DNA from: Minisyncoccota bacterium
GTDB taxonomy: Bacteria; Patescibacteriota; Minisyncoccia; Phycocordibacterales; SW-6-46-9
Direction of reading: 5' to 3'
Assembly (NCBI GenBank): GCA_040905385.1
Contig: JBBDRP010000002.1
Location: forward strand, 679,010 to 743,009
Length of the DNA: 64,000 nucleotides
The position numbers and the translations under genes were made by a program. The notes beneath the pieces are model-generated. The model made no database searches, was not told the origin of the DNA, and saw only the letters and a program-made list of their open reading frames with translations. Below, in pieces: positions 17,389-27,431 of this stretch. The stretch's first letter is position 1. Each line of letters opens with the position of its first letter.

Positions 17389-18261
17389 CTACTCCGAGGA
17401 ATTATCTTCTTGTACATGTCGCATTACCTGCTGCGGGAACGGAATCTCAATATGAGCCTCATCAAAGGCCTTTTTAAGGCGGCGGCGCATCTCACCAGTT
17501 ACTGCCCACTGCTGGCCGGGCTTCACATCCCCAAGAACCTTGAGATAAATTGCCGAATCACCCAGATCATCGACACGGAAGAAACGGGGCGGTTCAATGA
17601 CGTGCTCTCCCCACTCGGGATCATCAGCCAGTTCTTGACCAACTCGGTTTATCACCTCCTTCACCTCATCTATGTCAGACTCGTACGCCACACCTACATT
17701 AAGATTAACGCGAGAGAACCGCTGACTCATATTAGAGGCCACATTTACATGGCCATTCTGGATGTAATGAACCACCCCATCGAGATCACGTAGCTTGGTC
17801 ACCCGTAGTGTTACCTCCTCGACCGTTCCGCAGGTACCATTCAGACAGATCACATCACCCATGCTGTACTGATCCTCGATCAGGATGAAGAAGCCGGAAA
17901 TGATGTCCTGAATTAAGTACTGCGCACCAAAACCAAGGGCCACACCAGCCACACCAGCAGCGGCCAAAAGCGGGCCAATATCAAGACCAAACTCAGACAG
18001 GAGAACCATCAAAGTAACAACGACGATAAGCACCTTGACCGTGGCGGTGCTGACTCGCTGTAGCGTCTTCGTGCGTTGCTCGCGCTCGAGCTGAGATAGA
18101 TCATCTTTGCGATCCACGACTCGTTTAATTGCCTTTCGCAATAGAAATGTAGACAGCCACCAGGCTAGGGCGGCGCCAATAAGAATCGTTAGAACCGCTG
18201 GGCCGGAGGTCGTAATCCAGGCCAGGGCATCAGTACTAAAATTTTCCCAAAGGGTTTGCAT
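17389..18261 (-). CDS. mscS: small-conductance mechanosensitive channel (MscS family)
   Basis: 290 aa with three N-terminal TM helices and the MscS beta-domain region (IEDQYSMGDVI...GTVEEVTLRVTKLR). Confidence 0.85.
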   Translation of the reverse strand: MQTLWENFSTDALAWITTSGPAVLTILIGAALAWWLSTFLLRKAIKRVVDRKDDLSQLEREQRTKTLQRVSTATVKVLIVVVTLMVLLSEFGLDIGPLLAAAGVAGVALGFGAQYLIQDIISGFFILIEDQYSMGDVICLNGTCGTVEEVTLRVTKLRDLDGVVHYIQNGHVNVASNMSQRFSRVNLNVGVAYESDIDEVKEVINRVGQELADDPEWGEHVIEPPRFFRVDDLGDSAIYLKVLGDVKPGQQWAVTGEMRRRLKKAFDEAHIEIPFPQQVMRHVQEDNSSE

Positions 18262-18275
18262 ATAGTGTAAAGATA

Positions 18276-19136
18276 TTATAACGCAGAATCTCGGAGGATC
18301 TTAACATTCTTCGCATCTGGACCTTTGCCTTCGAAGCCCGGGGTCTCGAGAATAAGTGGTAGGTCTTTTGTGGGAGATTTTGTGGTGAGATTTCGAAATA
18401 CGCCCTCCGGAATCTCCCCCTCGCCGAGGTTGGCATGACGGTCGCGCAGGCTGCCGAAATCATCCCGAGAGTCATTAACATGAATTACCGAGAGACGCTC
18501 AAGCCCAATTAGCTTATCGAATCGTTGGAAGAAGTCATCGTATCCATCAGCTAAATCAAAACCTGCTACATGTAAGTGACAGGTATCCAGACAAACCTTA
18601 AGGCGCTCGTCGCCATCGCAGGCGTCGATGATACGTCCAATTTCCTCGAAACCCTTTCCAATCTTTCTGGTGCCCATATTTTCAATCAAGAAATCAGCTG
18701 CTGAGTCAGTCTCTTCGAGAACTGTCTTCAGACTCGTCACGAGATGCTCAAAATGATCCTCGTCTTCCGGAGACTCATCGTCGGTCTTCCAGGAGCCGAC
18801 GTGCACGACACTGCCGATAATCCCACAGCGGGCCGCGACATTCAGCTCCTCGATCATAGCCTTGATTGACTTCTCACCCGTCCCGCCGCGATCAGCTAGG
18901 TTGATCAAGTATGGTGCATGAAAGACTACTGGGTCGATACCGAGTTCATCCTTCATCTGACGAAACTCCTCCACATCTTCTTTTGATATATTCGCCCCAG
19001 CCCAGGATCGCGGTGATGAAGAGAAAAGCTGCAGGCTGGTGGCACCGATGTCTGCCGCCCGCTGGACCGCTTTGGCGTAACCACCGGCCGCGGACTGATG
19101 GGCCCCGATATTTAGCGTTGTTTTCTCTTTACTCAT
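18276..19136 (-). CDS. nfo: endonuclease IV (AP endonuclease, TIM-barrel)
   Basis: 286 aa with the metal-ligand motifs HAPYLINLA, HVGS, CLDTCH and IHVNDS. Confidence 0.9.
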   Translation of the reverse strand: MSKEKTTLNIGAHQSAAGGYAKAVQRAADIGATSLQLFSSSPRSWAGANISKEDVEEFRQMKDELGIDPVVFHAPYLINLADRGGTGEKSIKAMIEELNVAARCGIIGSVVHVGSWKTDDESPEDEDHFEHLVTSLKTVLEETDSAADFLIENMGTRKIGKGFEEIGRIIDACDGDERLKVCLDTCHLHVAGFDLADGYDDFFQRFDKLIGLERLSVIHVNDSRDDFGSLRDRHANLGEGEIPEGVFRNLTTKSPTKDLPLILETPGFEGKGPDAKNVKILRDSAL

Positions 19137-19139
19137 GAT

Positions 19140-20807
19140 TTAATTATCTTTACACGCCTTAATAAACGCATCAAAAAGCGGCTGGGAGGAACGGACTCGG
19201 GCCGTGAATTCGGGATGAAACTGTGTACCTAAAAAGAATGGATGTACATCACGCGGTAACTCGGCAATCTCCATCAGTTTTCCGTCCGGTGAACGGCCAG
19301 AAAACACCAAGCCAGCCGCTTCAAGTTGCTCGACGTAGGCATTATTAACCTCAAAGCGATGTCTATGCCGCTCAGACACCTGCATCTTCTCGTAGGCCTT
19401 CTGAGCGATTGTGCCGTCTTCCAGTTTTGCCGGATACACTCCCAACCGCATGGTGCCGCCGTACTCTCCGTCGGCTAACTTTGACTCCTGCTCGGCCATC
19501 ACACTGATGACCGGATGTGGTGAGTCGGGATCAATCTCGACGGTATGCGCATCCTCCAGCCCGGCGACATTACGGGCGAACTCAACCACCGCCAGCTGCA
19601 TCCCATAGCAGAGTCCGAAGAACGGAATCCCCTGCTTGCGAACGTACGCAATCGTTGCTAGCTTGCCATCGATACCGGTGGAGCCAAAGCCACCCGGTAC
19701 AATGACACCATCGTAATCTGCTAATTTTTCCAACGCCCCTTGGACGACCGAATCATTCTGATTCGGTTTAGTCTCGAACTCATCAGCATTAATCCAGTCG
19801 ACGTCAGCCGTGATACCAGCATAAGCGCTGGCGATCTTGATCGCCTCGATAACCGATATGTACGCATCCGACAGCTGAAAGTCACCGGTCGCAAAATACT
19901 TACCAACGACCGCTATACGAAGTGATTCACCTGCCTTTTTTTGAGCATCGGTAAACTTCTTCCAGTCGGAGAGATCAGTAGACTTATCCGGCAGCGAGAA
20001 GAAATCCAGTATTCGCGAACCAAGTCCGTCATCGGCAAAGTTCAGCGGAATGTCATAGATATTCTCGACATCTGGCGCGGAGATAACATTCTCCCTCTTT
20101 ACCCCACACATATTAGCAATCTTTTTCTTGCGCTTATCATCCAGTGGCGTTTCAGCGCGACCTATTATCATATCTGGTGCCACACCATAAGAGTTTAACT
20201 GACGAACCGCATTCTGGGTCGGCTTGGTCTTCATCTCACCAATTGATGGCGGAGTCGGTAAGTATGAGACCATCGCAAACATCACGTCGTCTGGACAGGC
20301 GCGCTTCAGTCGGCGGCCGGCCTCGATAAAAATGGCATTTTGGTACTCACCGACGGTACCGCCGATCTCAACAATGGTAATGTCCGCCTCGGTCTCCTTT
20401 GATGAATCTGTGATACGCCGCAGAATCTCCTCGGTAATGTGGTATGTCGGCTCCACACACTTGCCGTCGTACTCTAAAGCTCGCTCCTTGTTGATGACGT
20501 GCTGGAAGACCATACCATTGGTCATGTAATTACCACCTGGTAGCGAGCGGTCGAGAAAGCGCTCGTAGTTTCCCATATCTTGGTCAGTCTCCAGCCCAGA
20601 ATCAAGCACAAATACCTCGCCATGCTCGGTTGGGTTCATGGTGCCGGCATCGACATTTAAATATGGGTCAACCTTTATCGGACTCACGCTGTAACCAGCT
20701 GACTCTAAAATAGTAGCAATCGATGCCGTGGCAATTCCTTTACCGACGCCGCTCATGACACCACCGACCACAAAGATGTACTTGGTTCCATTGGTATTAA
20801 TTTTCAT
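19140..20807 (-). CDS. pyrG: CTP synthase
   Basis: 555 aa. N-terminal GGVMSGVGKGI, and a glutamine amidotransferase C-terminal domain with GLCYGMQ and HRHRFEVN. Confidence 0.95.
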   Translation of the reverse strand: MKINTNGTKYIFVVGGVMSGVGKGIATASIATILESAGYSVSPIKVDPYLNVDAGTMNPTEHGEVFVLDSGLETDQDMGNYERFLDRSLPGGNYMTNGMVFQHVINKERALEYDGKCVEPTYHITEEILRRITDSSKETEADITIVEIGGTVGEYQNAIFIEAGRRLKRACPDDVMFAMVSYLPTPPSIGEMKTKPTQNAVRQLNSYGVAPDMIIGRAETPLDDKRKKKIANMCGVKRENVISAPDVENIYDIPLNFADDGLGSRILDFFSLPDKSTDLSDWKKFTDAQKKAGESLRIAVVGKYFATGDFQLSDAYISVIEAIKIASAYAGITADVDWINADEFETKPNQNDSVVQGALEKLADYDGVIVPGGFGSTGIDGKLATIAYVRKQGIPFFGLCYGMQLAVVEFARNVAGLEDAHTVEIDPDSPHPVISVMAEQESKLADGEYGGTMRLGVYPAKLEDGTIAQKAYEKMQVSERHRHRFEVNNAYVEQLEAAGLVFSGRSPDGKLMEIAELPRDVHPFFLGTQFHPEFTARVRSSQPLFDAFIKACKDN

Positions 20808-20999
20808 GAAGTAATTTCATTATAGCAAAAGCATGATTTCTCAGATAATAAAATAGTTAGATACAAGCCTGGTGCCGTGGGAGTACACGGTGCCAGGCGA
20901 ATCAACAAAACGCGACTGACTTATCTCTCGAACAACCAACAAAATTAAACGACTCAGGTCGGCACAAATATTCGGAAATCACTTTCTTCTGTAGATATC

Positions 21000-21968
21000 T
21001 TAGATATCCAAATACTTGCGAACAGCAATGTAGGAAGAAATCCCACCGAGCGCGATTCCGGTAATCATCAGGATAACGAAGAGTTCACCAAAGTTATTTA
21101 GGAAGTAAGTGAATGACCCCTCACCGCCAAAGAAGGTACTAGTTGTGTCTTCTCCCCAGAGAGAAATTGGATAAAAAAGAAGTAATGTAATCAGGGCCGA
21201 GACGATACCATACATAACACCCTCCAGCACGAACGGACCACGTACATATCCGCGTGAGGCACCCATCAACTCCATAACGGATATCTCATCTCGTGATGAG
21301 AAGATGGCTAGGCGGATCGTATTAAAGACAATCAAGGCAGCAATAAGCGCAAATACTATAATAACGAGGAAGCTGAAGGTGTCGAGCGACTGGATGATAC
21401 TTGTCAGTCGCTCAATAGCGTCACGGTTCTGCTGGAAATTAACCCGGTCAATAATGTTCTGGCTGCCAGCCACAACCGGCGCATCACTCTGGAGGTAGTT
21501 AGCGATGTCTTCGTAGTACTGTGAATCGGTCGCCTGCACGTTGAAGTAGGCGCCAAGTGGGTTTTCCTGTAGCTCCTCGAGTGCCTGGATGATTAGATCA
21601 TCATCGCGATTAGCACTGCGGAAGTTATCCAGCGCCTCCTGCTGCGAGACGTACTCGACTGCTGCCACATCATCGCGAGACTCGAGCGCACTCTGTAAAG
21701 ACAAAATGTCTGACTCCCGTGCATCGGTGGTGAAGTAGACGTTGATATCAACCTTCTCGGAGATCTGTTCCAGTGAAGTGTCTAGCATTGCCCCGATAAA
21801 AAGGAGGCTTCCCATAATAAACAACGTCACCGTCATGATCAGGATTGCTGAAGCGGTTATAAACTTGTTTCGCCAGAAGCTGGTAAAACCGGCTCGGATG
21901 ATGCGTTGTGAATTTTCAAAAAATGACATAGCAGGTTTATAAGTGGTAAGAACCAGTCTCATCATCAC
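21000..21968 (-). CDS. ftsX: cell-division ABC transporter permease FtsX
   Basis: 322 aa with the topology TM, large periplasmic loop, then three TM helices. Overlaps ftsE by 32 nt. Confidence 0.8.
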   Translation of the reverse strand: MMMRLVLTTYKPAMSFFENSQRIIRAGFTSFWRNKFITASAILIMTVTLFIMGSLLFIGAMLDTSLEQISEKVDINVYFTTDARESDILSLQSALESRDDVAAVEYVSQQEALDNFRSANRDDDLIIQALEELQENPLGAYFNVQATDSQYYEDIANYLQSDAPVVAGSQNIIDRVNFQQNRDAIERLTSIIQSLDTFSFLVIIVFALIAALIVFNTIRLAIFSSRDEISVMELMGASRGYVRGPFVLEGVMYGIVSALITLLLFYPISLWGEDTTSTFFGGEGSFTYFLNNFGELFVILMITGIALGGISSYIAVRKYLDI

Positions 21969-22653
21969 GAATAATGCGACCGTTCTTCATCGTCAATACT
22001 CTGTTCTCTAGTATATCAACAACTCCCTTGTCATGTGTTGAAAGAAGCACGGTAGTGCCAAGATTATTGATTTTTTTCAGTATCTGCATGACTTCGTAGG
22101 TATTGACAGGATCCAGGTTACCGGTTGGCTCGTCTGCCACCACTACATCCGGCTGATTAACGATCGCACGAGCAATAGCCAACCGCTGCTTCTCACCACC
22201 AGATAGTTCGGTCGGGAAATGCCAGGTCTTCTCACGCAGTCCAACAAGATCAAGCACATACGGAACATCTACCTCGATCTCGTCGTCTTCACGTCCGGCC
22301 GCCTCCATCGCAAAGGAGATGTTCTCGTACGCCGTTTTGTGACTCAGCAGTCGAAAGTCCTGAAACACCATTCCGATTCGGCGCCGTAATTTTGTACGTT
22401 CATACTTAGGAAGCTTATGTACAATCGTAGACTCAAAAAGTACATTCCCGCTGGATGGATGCACCTCGGCAAGTAGTAGTTTCAGCAGCGTGGTTTTTCC
22501 GGCTCCTGAATGCCCCACGATTGATACGAACTCGGATGGCTCGATCGTGAAGTTAATGTCCTCTACCGCGACCGAATTACCAAGATATACCTTGGATACA
22601 TTATCAAAATGAATAAGGCTTGAACGAACTGATTTTTTACTTTCTCTATTCAT
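21937..22653 (-). CDS. ftsE: cell-division ABC transporter ATP-binding protein FtsE
   Basis: 238 aa. Walker A GHSGAGKTT, signature LSGGEKQR, Walker B VVVADEP. Confidence 0.9.
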   Translation of the reverse strand: MNRESKKSVRSSLIHFDNVSKVYLGNSVAVEDINFTIEPSEFVSIVGHSGAGKTTLLKLLLAEVHPSSGNVLFESTIVHKLPKYERTKLRRRIGMVFQDFRLLSHKTAYENISFAMEAAGREDDEIEVDVPYVLDLVGLREKTWHFPTELSGGEKQRLAIARAIVNQPDVVVADEPTGNLDPVNTYEVMQILKKINNLGTTVLLSTHDKGVVDILENRVLTMKNGRIIRDDETGSYHL

Positions 22654-22671
22654 TGGTATGAAAATTTAGGC

Positions 22672-23577
22672 TTATTCAGTTTCGGACGTACTTTCTTCAT
22701 GCAACTTAGCAGCCGAGATAAACTCATCAATATCACCGGCAAGCACGGCTTCTACATCACCTACTTCGTGTTTAGTTCGATGATCTTTTACGAGCGTGTA
22801 CGGATCCAGCACATAGCTGCGCATCTGGTTTCCCCACTCATTATCAGCTGATGTTGTTGGGGAAAATTCCTGCTGCCGGGCTTTCTTTTCAGCTTCTCTC
22901 TTATGATACAGTTTTCCGCGTAAAATTTCCAATGCCTTTTGTCGGTTGGCCTGCTGAGTGCGTTCGCTATCAGTTCGAACCGCAATCCCGGTCGGTTTGT
23001 GTGTCATTCGCACAGCAGTTTCGCGGCGATTGACGTTTTGCCCGCCGGCCCCTCCTGACCGCGTAAAGGTGATATCCAGGTCGCTTTCATCTATATCCAC
23101 CTCATCCATGTCGGCCATTTCTGGCACAACCTCAACCAGTGCAAAGGAGGTATGTCGCTTGCCGTCGGAATTAAACGGTGACTTTCGTACCAGTCGATGC
23201 ACACCGGATTCATACTGTAACTTTCCGTAGACACCGTCGCCGACCACATCCACGGTTACGTGCTTGATACCACCATGGTCATCCTCGGTCTTGTGTACCA
23301 GCCGAATCTTCCATCCCTGCTTGGCGGCATACCCACCATACATCTCCAGAAGCATTCGGGCAAAATCATCAGCATCAAGGCCACCAGCACCGGACATAAT
23401 TGAAAGCACAGCATTACGCCCGTCAAAAGAGCCGACATACTGGCGCTTTTTCTTCATCTCTTCGTACTCAGAAATAACTTCCTGAGCCGCTGCCTTATCC
23501 TGCCAGAAATCAGGCTGATTCATTTGCTCGAGTAGATCGGCGAGCTTTTTTTCTATGTCATCGACGGTCTCCATCAC
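22672..23577 (-). CDS. prfB: peptide chain release factor 2 (short N-terminus, no frameshift)
   Basis: 301 aa. The SPF tripeptide (RKSPFNS) identifies RF2, and [13 protein letters not shown] is the GGQ motif. A GTG start is predicted. Confidence 0.85.
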   Translation of the reverse strand: MMETVDDIEKKLADLLEQMNQPDFWQDKAAAQEVISEYEEMKKKRQYVGSFDGRNAVLSIMSGAGGLDADDFARMLLEMYGGYAAKQGWKIRLVHKTEDDHGGIKHVTVDVVGDGVYGKLQYESGVHRLVRKSPFNSDGKRHTSFALVEVVPEMADMDEVDIDESDLDITFTRSGGAGGQNVNRRETAVRMTHKPTGIAVRTDSERTQQANRQKALEILRGKLYHKREAEKKARQQEFSPTTSADNEWGNQMRSYVLDPYTLVKDHRTKHEVGDVEAVLAGDIDEFISAAKLHEESTSETE

Positions 23578-23619
23578 CTTGTAAGTATAGCAGATAGGCC
23601 ACTGGACGAATAAGCTGTG

Positions 23620-26079
23620 TTACTGAACACTTGCGGTGATGTCGTAGCACGTTGAGATTGTATTGAGTGATGTGGATCCACAAGCCGTACCGGCACCGTT
23701 GAAGCCGTTTGTAAAGTTCTGAGCAGCAGAGTTAAAGTTAGCGTCGTTTGGTGTATCCATACGCAGATACGTCTGCAGAGTAGCACCAAGGTGGTAACGA
23801 TCGGCTGACTGAGAAACTCCATAGGAGTATGCAACTGCAGTCATTGGGTCACGTGGAATACTGCTAAGGACTGTATTCTGACCGCTCGTAAGTTGAGAAA
23901 GATTACCTGGGAAGGAACCGTTCTCACTGGCGTACATGCGCAGTGCGGCTTTTATCTGCTGAACATCGTTGATACGGAGCTGGTCAAAGCGACGCATATT
24001 ATCCACCGACATCTGCGGACCAGTATCATCCGGCTCGTCATCATCACTTGTGTCAGAATCAGTGCTGGTAGCATCATCATTGTTAGATGAATCCGAATCG
24101 GTACTTGTAGCATCGCTCGTGTCATCATCAGATGGATCAATCTCATCTGACTCGTCGTCATCTATGTCGTCAAGTTGACTGGTTGTGTCCTCAGGAGAGA
24201 AGATCGCTGCCAGTATCTGTTCCGTCGACCGCGCCTCGTAAGAAGGAGTTGTTTCCGGGATGTAACCATGATTTTTAATCTGTAAATTTATCTGCATGTC
24301 CTGACCGTCCGCGCCTGTACCAATTAACGTAATCTGATATGGCACGTTAGTTTCACTGTCTAGCCACGCCTGCCCTTGAACCGGCTGGAAGGCCCCGACG
24401 GTGGCTTGAAGATTGCTGATAACATCCTGTGAGACAGCACTATCAAACAAGGCTTGGTAGAGTATAGCGTACTCAGAGACAAGCTGACCTGGTTCAGCAG
24501 TAATGCCGAAGCGATTAGTTGTAAACCCATCATTGCTGTCACTCTGACCGAGCTGCTCTTCAGTTTGAAACTCGCCCAGTGTAAAGAACTCCGGAGTAAG
24601 TAGAATGTCTCGAATAGTTTCTCGTTGAATGGCTGGAACACTCACAATATTCTCTACCTCTGGCATAACTGCCTGAATCGGAGAAAAACTCGGCTCCGAA
24701 TGCGTAACCACATAGTAACTCTGCGTCTCAGTATCGGTATTTAAATCCATCACTCCCTCAATAGTTAGTCTGTCTGTTGTTGTATCTAATTCATTAGCAG
24801 ACTCGATCATAATACGAAAATCAAACGTCTCTGCTTCCGCCAGTGAGTTCATCATCTGTTCAGCTGTTACCTCCGGAGATGAGTCTTGGAAGTAGGTCAT
24901 ATAAGCGTATGCTGCACCACCACCGATCAATGCCAGTACCAAAATAAAGATAAGGATTGAAACAAACTTAGATCCTGACCCACTTTTCTTTTTTCCCCTC
25001 GTCGGCTTACTTGCCTTTGCTGTCGTTTTACCGGCCGAGAAACGACGCTTGCCATCAGAGGTGCTTTCGGGGCCTGATTGATCATCTGAAGGCATTCTTT
25101 TGGGCTTTGCCGCCGGCTTGTCATTAACTGGCTCCATCTGATTACGTGGATTATCAATTAGTTCATTACCAAGATTTTTACGTGCTCCTTGAGCTGACGC
25201 AACGCTTTCGACAGCTTTATTAAGACCATCATCATTTATCTTCTGCTTCTGAGCTGGAGAGCGCTTCACACGCACGCCATCTGTCTTTTTGACGTGACGA
25301 GCCTTTGCCCCTTTCGGTTCATCAACTTTTTCGGATTTCTGACCGTTGCCACCAGCCTGCTGACTATCTCTGTGAAAGGTACGAATCGCTAACGGACCAG
25401 GGTCATTTTCTTCACCCTCACCTTCAGCAGCTAGTTTCTTCATCTCCTCATGTGAATCCAGTGGATTCGTAGAACCGCCAATATTCTTCAACTCTCGAGG
25501 TTCATCAGATTCCTGTGTTGATGACGTATCATCATCTTCCTGCTCGTCCATACTGACAGTTGATTGATTATCTTCTGCTACTACACCCTCTTGGGTGGCA
25601 GGAGTGGTTTCGGACTGCGTATCTAGTTGATCTTCCTCGTCCTCATCAGCAGAATCTGGCAAGTCACCGATCTTTTCAGAATCATCGTCCTTTAGCTCAG
25701 TCTGATCCTGCAGATCAGCAGCGTTATCAGTGTCTTCAGATTCTATCGGTTCACGATAGAAATCGTCAGATTCTGATTCATCTGTTGTGTCGATCGATTG
25801 ATTACCACGGCTTTTCTGGACCGCTTCCTCGCGTACCTGTTGGTGGGCAGCCGATGAGTTGTCGGCATCAAGATTAGTCTCAATTGCCCCAAAACCCTCG
25901 TCGACATCCTCCTGACGCCAGCCGGCCGAGAGAAGATTGTCTTTAATCATCTCGTCATCAATACCAGCTTCCTGCTGGCTTGAAATATATGTAAGTAGTT
26001 GCTGATTTATCATATAAAAATCACGGGCTGTTTTCTCTGTCTTGTATAATAACACGCCTTTTCCTTTGTATACCTGCAC
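23620..26079 (-). CDS. large acidic single-pass membrane protein with pseudopilin-like C-terminal domain
   Basis: 819 aa in the track. A more likely start is MINQQ at about 26013. The layout is a D/E-rich N-terminal region, one TM helix (FVSILIFILVLALIGGGAAYAY), a D/S/T-rich linker, and a C-terminus (QIKAALRMYASENGSFPGNL...IPRDP) that resembles the GspG/PulG pseudopilin fold. Confidence 0.6.
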   Translation of the reverse strand: MQVYKGKGVLLYKTEKTARDFYMINQQLLTYISSQQEAGIDDEMIKDNLLSAGWRQEDVDEGFGAIETNLDADNSSAAHQQVREEAVQKSRGNQSIDTTDESESDDFYREPIESEDTDNAADLQDQTELKDDDSEKIGDLPDSADEDEEDQLDTQSETTPATQEGVVAEDNQSTVSMDEQEDDDTSSTQESDEPRELKNIGGSTNPLDSHEEMKKLAAEGEGEENDPGPLAIRTFHRDSQQAGGNGQKSEKVDEPKGAKARHVKKTDGVRVKRSPAQKQKINDDGLNKAVESVASAQGARKNLGNELIDNPRNQMEPVNDKPAAKPKRMPSDDQSGPESTSDGKRRFSAGKTTAKASKPTRGKKKSGSGSKFVSILIFILVLALIGGGAAYAYMTYFQDSSPEVTAEQMMNSLAEAETFDFRIMIESANELDTTTDRLTIEGVMDLNTDTETQSYYVVTHSEPSFSPIQAVMPEVENIVSVPAIQRETIRDILLTPEFFTLGEFQTEEQLGQSDSNDGFTTNRFGITAEPGQLVSEYAILYQALFDSAVSQDVISNLQATVGAFQPVQGQAWLDSETNVPYQITLIGTGADGQDMQINLQIKNHGYIPETTPSYEARSTEQILAAIFSPEDTTSQLDDIDDDESDEIDPSDDDTSDATSTDSDSSNNDDATSTDSDTSDDDEPDDTGPQMSVDNMRRFDQLRINDVQQIKAALRMYASENGSFPGNLSQLTSGQNTVLSSIPRDPMTAVAYSYGVSQSADRYHLGATLQTYLRMDTPNDANFNSAAQNFTNGFNGAGTACGSTSLNTISTCYDITASVQ

Positions 26080-26145
26080 TCACGATAGGTTTTCCACACG
26101 ACACTTAGACCTACCTTCACCTTGCGTCCTCCTGCAAATGAAAAT

Positions 26146-26562
26146 TTACTGCAATGGTTTAGCTCTAAGTGTTGACGACTCAAAGAGACCGACAACTAAT
26201 AAAAAAACAACCAAAACCAACGGAATCCACAAAAATGGTGTAACAATTATGCAAAAATATTTATCTCCTTTCGATTCAAACTCTTTTGCTCTCCACCTCT
26301 TTAGTAGCAAGTTTATGTAAGTCACTGCTACCGGAGCTAAAATTATAAAAGCAAAAAACGCTTGAAAGTAAGCAGGAAACGACCCCAGAATTTGATCATA
26401 AGCTGCAACACCGGATATGTCTCGATAGAAATATGGATAGAGAACCGTGGAAGGAATAACAAAAATTATACCAAGTAATATAGATAATGACCGGCGACCC
26501 CATTTTGAATCCGGCGCATACTTTTTTAGCTTATCTAGTTTCTTAATGATTTTCATATACAT
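26146..26562 (-). CDS. hypothetical integral membrane protein
   Basis: 138 aa with about four hydrophobic helices. Confidence 0.5.
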   Translation of the reverse strand: MYMKIIKKLDKLKKYAPDSKWGRRSLSILLGIIFVIPSTVLYPYFYRDISGVAAYDQILGSFPAYFQAFFAFIILAPVAVTYINLLLKRWRAKEFESKGDKYFCIIVTPFLWIPLVLVVFLLVVGLFESSTLRAKPLQ

Positions 26563-26659
26563 TCATATTATCATGAGTGAAGGGGTGTAGAGACTTATTT
26601 GTATTCTCTTGGAGTGCGATCTCAGAACGAAGTACAGAGTGGTGTGCTCATTATCTGAG

Positions 26660-26731
26660 AGCCGGAGAGAGGAATTGAACCTCCGACCTATCCCTTACGA
26701 AGGGATTGCTCTACCCCTGAGCTACTCCGGC
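26660..26731 (-). tRNA. tRNA-Thr (anticodon CGU)
   Basis: Acceptor gccggag/ctccggc, D-arm gctc-aggggta-gagc, anticodon stem atccc/gggat with loop ttcgtaa, T-arm ggagg-ttcaatt-cctct. Confidence 0.8.
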
Positions 26732-26809
26732 TCTCAGATAACCAACCTGGCTGGACAAATTAGTATTGTATACTAAAGAGGAGGAATTATTAACTCATAT
26801 ACCCACATC

Positions 26810-27112
26810 ATGTTATTTCGCACACGTAATATCATCAACAGTGTAATCAACATCATTCTGACCATCGTTGAAGGACTGCTACTTTTCCGCCTCATTCTTA
26901 AGCTACTTGCCGCAGACTCATCAGCCATCTTTACTCGCTGGATTTACGAAACAAGTCAGCCACTTCTAGCTCCATTTGAGGGTATGTTCCCGACTGTCGT
27001 TGAGTCCGGAATCGCGCTTGAGATGTCGACATTGTTTGCGATTATGGTCTACGCGCTGCTTGGCTACCTACTCATCGCTATTGTAGACACGGTGTACAAC
27101 GCCAGTAAATAA
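26810..27112 (+). CDS. YggT family membrane protein
   Basis: 100 aa with two TM helices and YggT-like spacing. Confidence 0.65.
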   Translation: MLFRTRNIINSVINIILTIVEGLLLFRLILKLLAADSSAIFTRWIYETSQPLLAPFEGMFPTVVESGIALEMSTLFAIMVYALLGYLLIAIVDTVYNASK

Positions 27113-27130
27113 TTTATAAATTCCCTGGTG

Positions 27131-27160
27131 CAAAAAAGCCTCCTGGTATGGAGGCTTTTT
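27131..27160 (+). terminator. rho-independent terminator (aaaaagcctcc-tggtat-ggaggcttttt)
   Basis: A perfect 7-bp stem flanked by an A tract and a T tract, so it could terminate in either direction. Confidence 0.7.
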
Positions 27161-27207
27161 GTATCCTGGTGACAGGGTAGTAGAAAATAAAAGCTATTTT
27201 CCTCTGT

Positions 27208-27282
27208 GCGGCTGCCAAGATTCGAACTTGGGACCTCACCGTTATCAGCGGTGCGCTCTAAACCAGGCTGAGCTACAGCCGC
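27208..27282 (-). tRNA. tRNA-Ile (anticodon GAU)
   Basis: Acceptor gcggctg/cagccgc, D-arm gctc-agcctggtt-agagc, anticodon stem caccg/cggtg with loop ctgataa, T-arm ccaag-ttcgaat-cttgg. Confidence 0.85.
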
Positions 27283-27345
27283 ACGCAAGAAAATAGCATT
27301 GCTTTTATTTATTTGTTTCGAGTAAAGTGCTCACACGATTAGTAT

Positions 27346-27393
27346 CAGCGGTGCGTTCTAAACCAAGCTGAGCTATAGCCGCAAACAAATACC
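27346..27393 (-). pseudogene. truncated tRNA-Ile copy (5' half only: acceptor 5' strand, D-arm, anticodon stem 5' strand and loop)
   Basis: About 48 nt that are about 90% identical to positions 1-38 of the adjacent tRNA-Ile. No matching 3' half or T-arm follows it. Confidence 0.6.
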
Positions 27394-27431
27394 ATCTTAC
27401 AGTTTTTCTCCAACAATCTCAAGAAAACTTA

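Noticed and set aside
23577-23640. Programmed +1 frameshift leader ORF for prfB
   Set aside because: The 42-nt gap between the stop of the upstream gene and the RF2 start contains no separate short ORF and no CUU UGA shift site.
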